Shown one piece after another: positions 60,715 through 64,000 of a DNA stretch of 64,000 nucleotides (positions are counted from its first letter, which is position 1; every line of letters starts with the position of its first letter). The DNA comes from Anaerohalosphaeraceae bacterium (GTDB lineage Bacteria > Planctomycetota > Phycisphaerae > Sedimentisphaerales > Anaerohalosphaeraceae), in contig CAXXSL010000011.1 in NCBI GenBank assembly GCA_963675525.2, positions 480,001 to 544,000 of the forward strand, given 5' to 3'. The notes beneath the pieces were generated by a model, which worked only from the letters and a program-made list of their open reading frames with translations, was not told the DNA's origin and ran no database searches. Position numbers and translations under genes: made by a program.

Positions 60715-61674
60715 TTAACGTTTTTTCCTGATTGCGATCAAACCCCCAAGTCCCAGTAATACCAACGTCATCGGTTCCGGTACAAACATCAGCATCACGT
60801 CATTATTGTTGCTGTCACCGGTGCCGTTGCCTGCATAGGTCAATTCATAAGCGTAATCCACACCGCCAAAGTTCATTAGCACCGACGCACCTTCAACTGC
60901 GGAAATACCATTGACGGTATCGAACGTGCCGTAGAGTGACCCGCCGCTCATGTCCTCAAACAAGAGAATGTCTTCTGTCGGCGGGGCTTCGAGCAGGCTG
61001 ATAATGAGATCCGCCGTTGAGTCATCGCCGCCCATGTCAAGATAGACATTGTCCGTCATCTGAATAGGGCTGACGCCGGTCGAGTCGATCCGGAACTCAA
61101 CTGTTCCGGCACCAAAAGCCGAGCCGTCACTGTGGGCGCCGATGTAGCACTTTCGCATTTGAATGGTTGCCTCGGACCCTACGACGGTAAATGTGCCGCT
61201 GCTTCCGTCCCTTCCGACATACAGGTAGCCATCGCTTTCGAAATTTGTCAGTGTCCCGCCGCTGATGAGATAGCTCGAACCGGCGGTGCCGGGGGCTTGT
61301 CCCCCGACGTATAATTTATCTTTGTAAACACTTACGAGCCCGCCGGTTTGTATGACATGCCCCGGCGTGTTGTAGCCGACCTGAAAACGTGCCGGTTTGA
61401 CGACCCCGTTTTCTTCGATGATGAGCGTCGCATTGTCGTACACATCCATACCCTGATCACTTAATTCCCAGGCACTTTCATCGGTATTTAATGTGCACGC
61501 AGCATCACTGCCGTATATCTTGACTTTGCTGGTTCCATCCGGAATGCCGTCGCCGGTCCATTTGGCTGTCTCTGACCAATAACCGATCTGGTTGTCCCAT
61601 TTGTGATCTGCAAAAACACCGGTGCTGAAAACACAGACCAGCAAGAAAATGATCAACAAGCAGATACTTTTCAT
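60715..61674 (-). CDS. PEP-CTERM protein, Gly-rich beta-solenoid-like
   Basis: Start ATG 61674 after GGAGG; QTGG/ISGG/LYVG repeats; VPEPMTLVLLGLGGLIAIRKKR. Confidence 0.9.
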   Translation of the reverse strand: MKSICLLIIFLLVCVFSTGVFADHKWDNQIGYWSETAKWTGDGIPDGTSKVKIYGSDAACTLNTDESAWELSDQGMDVYDNATLIIEENGVVKPARFQVGYNTPGHVIQTGGLVSVYKDKLYVGGQAPGTAGSSYLISGGTLTNFESDGYLYVGRDGSSGTFTVVGSEATIQMRKCYIGAHSDGSAFGAGTVEFRIDSTGVSPIQMTDNVYLDMGGDDSTADLIISLLEAPPTEDILLFEDMSGGSLYGTFDTVNGISAVEGASVLMNFGGVDYAYELTYAGNGTGDSNNNDVMLMFVPEPMTLVLLGLGGLIAIRKKR

Positions 61675-61780
61675 CTTCCCAATCCTCCAAACCAAAAAAA
61701 CATAAATGGACTAAATTACTCTATGCTTTACTTTGGTGTGATAAAAAGCACATAGCATTTACCCATATTCACGTCTCTGT

Positions 61781-61845
61781 ATTATCCTAAAAATACCCTT
61801 TTACTACAAGTCAATTTCGCGCAAAACAAAGGCGATTTTGCGCAA
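61781..61845 (-). promoter_or_regulatory. GCGC direct-repeat operator abutting a promoter
   Basis: GCGC at 61840 and 61819; 9 nt; TTGTAG-N17-GATAAT. Confidence 0.75.
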
Positions 61846-61910
61846 ACACTTGATTTACAATCGCTAAAGAAGTTAAAAACACCCACAAACTGACTTACCT
61901 GTTGTACTGC

Positions 61911-62744
61911 CTATTTTGTGATATATTCGACCCTGAAACGATGAAAGTCGATAATATCGGACGCAGTATCAGCCGTGTTGAAACGGAAGAACAGTTGTTC
62001 GAAATCTGTGTAAATCCCGCTGGAGTCGAGCATTGAGTGTGTGGAAAACACACCGCCGGCATCGGCAATCGCAAAAGTTACCTGCATCTGATCATCCGCA
62101 ATACGTTCCAGTTTCAACGTCAGGGTGTAACGGGTGTCCAGTACATTGATAATCGGTCTGCCGCCGCTGGTAAACGTCCAGGGGGTTCCTGACCCCATAA
62201 GGCTGGTTTGGGTCAGGTCGGTGCGTTTGCCGACGTTGGGCTTTGCGGATTGTGTCGCGCCCGTACTCAGGGCGATTTGTACGCCATAACCGGTTGCATC
62301 GGTCCAGGGATCGCCGGTTCCGCCGCTATCACTGTTGGTATTTGACAATATCTGGTTATTGGTAGGGTCATTGAAAAGACCAAAACGAAAGCCGCGAGAC
62401 GAATTATCATACAAAGCCCCTCGCGGGGTGAACTCGATCGTAGCGATAATCTGTTCGCCGACGCCCAATGATACCGGATTGTCTTCGGCCCTAAAATAAG
62501 TCCACAGCTTCTGGCTGCTGGTACTCTGCTTGTATGCCAGAGAGCCCGTGCTCATCGTTACACCGCCACCGCCTGTAACGCTATACCCTACCCAAACCGG
62601 CGATTCGTTAGGCAAATTGGGCTCAACACAGCTTGCGTCGGCCCAGGTGTCATCCAGCAACACCACCGCGGAACAGACGCTGCTGAAGGCGATAACAGCC
62701 GCTACAAAAACAGGGTACTTTAGTAAGGGTGAGGTGTTTTTCAT
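61911..62744 (-). CDS. Secreted hypothetical protein, paralog of the C-terminal domain of anti-sigma 17832..19523
   Basis: Signal peptide; shares KLWTYFR, RGFRFGLFNDPTNNQIL, DPWTDATGYGVQ with the FecR protein. Confidence 0.8.
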   Translation of the reverse strand: MKNTSPLLKYPVFVAAVIAFSSVCSAVVLLDDTWADASCVEPNLPNESPVWVGYSVTGGGGVTMSTGSLAYKQSTSSQKLWTYFRAEDNPVSLGVGEQIIATIEFTPRGALYDNSSRGFRFGLFNDPTNNQILSNTNSDSGGTGDPWTDATGYGVQIALSTGATQSAKPNVGKRTDLTQTSLMGSGTPWTFTSGGRPIINVLDTRYTLTLKLERIADDQMQVTFAIADAGGVFSTHSMLDSSGIYTDFEQLFFRFNTADTASDIIDFHRFRVEYITK

Positions 62745-62848
62745 CTTGATTAGTCTCCAAAATATTAAATAATACAGGTTGTTGTTGTTTTGCTCTTTCC
62801 TCGGCGAGGTAGAACACTCCGGAATTTACCCACTTTCGTATCCGTATC

Positions 62849-62914
62849 ACAATCATAAAAAAACTCTTTTGATACAAGGCAATATCGCGCTAAAATAAAG
62901 GCGGTTTTGCGCAA
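62849..62914 (-). promoter_or_regulatory. GCGC direct-repeat operator abutting a promoter
   Basis: GCGC at 62909 and 62887; 9 nt; TTGTAT-N17-GATTGT. Confidence 0.7.
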
Positions 62915-63209
62915 TCTCGCCCGAAAGGAGCTTTTGAGAAAACCATGGATTGCTTCTGTAAACCCATCGGTGAAAATGAGTTACCCGTTGGTCTGTCTTT
63001 GGTAACCGGTGTTAACCTATAATGGTCTTAAAATGCTTAATCCTCCGATAAGCGCATCGACTCAATTGTGCAAAACCTCTGTTTCCGGAAACGGTGAAAC
63101 AAAATAACTTCTTGACTTTATGCCCTGTGAAAGATTAATTTGTAATCGAAAGATTGTCGCCCAACAGCAGATTGTTGTTGGATCGCCATTATAAAATGGG
63201 AGTTATTCT

Positions 63210-64000
63210 ATGAAACAACTGATCAAAATCGGTTTTGCACACAATGAAAACGGCCACAATGACAAAGGCATCGGTCGGGGTATTGCACAGTACATTCGCA
63301 GTAAAGGACGATTTCAATTAATTGCCTGGCCCGATACTTCCCGGGAATCCATCACTTTTCTTAAAAAGCAGGGGTGTCAGGGAGTTATCGCAAGCATTGC
63401 CACTACGGCACAAGCAAATCAGCTTTATCAACTCGGAATCCCGATCATCGCTTATTCGACAGTGCAGAATATGGGACATTTGCCTTTTATCAGTTCCGAT
63501 TCACAACGGGTCGCCGAACTTGCCTTTGAATACCTGTCTGGCAAACAATTCAAACATTATGCCTTTTTTGGTCTCACGGAAGCTCGCTGGAGCACCGAAA
63601 GATTAACGTACTTTTCTGATCTAGTGTCTCAATCCGGCTGTCAACTCCACGTCTTTGAGGGAAAACCGCTACGCATGGCACATAATCTGCCGGGATTCGC
63701 CAAACTCTGGGCGGACACGACAATGAAGCAAGATCAACATGACCTGATGACATGGCTCGAAGAACTCCCCAAACCCATTGGCATCCTGGTCAGTTGCGAT
63801 ATTCTCGGCTGCCATTTGAGTCAGGTTGCCACGGAAATCGGATTATCGATCCCGGACGATATCGCTATTTTGGGCATTGACAATAATGAGTCCCTCTGCA
63901 ATATTTGCACCCCCCCGCTGTCCAGCATTGCGCTAAACCTGAACAAGGCCGGCTATGATGCAGCCGAACTGCTGGATCGAATTATTTCCGGAAAAGAACA
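63210..64000 (+). CDS. XylR-type transcriptional regulator (LacI-like ligand-binding domain; AraC HTH expected beyond the window), 3'-truncated
   Basis: Hand translation MKQLIKIGF..GRGIAQY..AELAFEYL..FKHYAFFG..RWSTER..WLEELPKPIGIL..IPDDIAILGIDN..CTPPLSSI..GYDAAELLD; RBS GGGAG; absent from the ORF track because it has no stop in the window. Confidence 0.85.
   Translation, partial: MKQLIKIGFAHNENGHNDKGIGRGIAQYIRSKGRFQLIAWPDTSRESITFLKKQGCQGVIASIATTAQANQLYQLGIPIIAYSTVQNMGHLPFISSDSQRVAELAFEYLSGKQFKHYAFFGLTEARWSTERLTYFSDLVSQSGCQLHVFEGKPLRMAHNLPGFAKLWADTTMKQDQHDLMTWLEELPKPIGILVSCDILGCHLSQVATEIGLSIPDDIAILGIDNNESLCNICTPPLSSIALNLNKAGYDAAELLDRIISGKE

Noticed and set aside
63322..63606. 94-aa ORF in the track
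   Set aside because: Out-of-frame overlap with the XylR-type gene starting at 63210
1..64000. CRISPR array, integrase/transposase, reverse transcriptase or DGR template-variable repeat pair
   Set aside because: No regularly spaced repeats or such genes; the 606-bp repeat shows no adenine-specific differences

Overview
Bacterial DNA whose gene repertoire (dockerin-like CAZymes, ECF sigma/FecR pairs, pilin-like FTLIELLVVIAII proteins, PEP-CTERM proteins) suggests Planctomycetota, Phycisphaerae/Sedimentisphaerales; this is inference, not a database result. Positions 1-6.2 kb hold ordinary genes (DUF3137-like, flavodoxin-fold quinone reductase, CBM48-like protein, secretin-like lipoprotein, PilT), followed by a GH2. 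From ~9.6 kb to the window end lies a >54 kb pectin-utilisation locus: eight PL1 pectate lyases (one frameshifted), PL10-CE12, three GH28 domains (one fused to GH105, one in an esterase-CE8-propeller-GH28 polyprotein), a DUF4450-like protein, a Na+/solute symporter, two ECF sigma/FecR pairs, two pilin-like proteins, three non-catalytic dockerin-tailed proteins, three PEP-CTERM proteins and a truncated XylR-type regulator missing from the ORF track. Signals the ORF track does not explain: (1) an orphan 3' half of tRNA-Leu(TAG) at the left edge of the locus, like an att scar; (2) a five-copy GCGC direct-repeat operator, in four cases exactly 9 bp from a TTGTNN-N17-GAT(A/T)(A/G)T promoter; (3) anti-sigma factors whose distal domains are copies of the locus's own secreted or surface modules, one circularly permuted; (4) no SusC/D or TonB-dependent transporter in the window; (5) a 606-bp identical duplication, gene relics and clustered 1-bp frameshifts. 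Domain calls are by motif recognition only.
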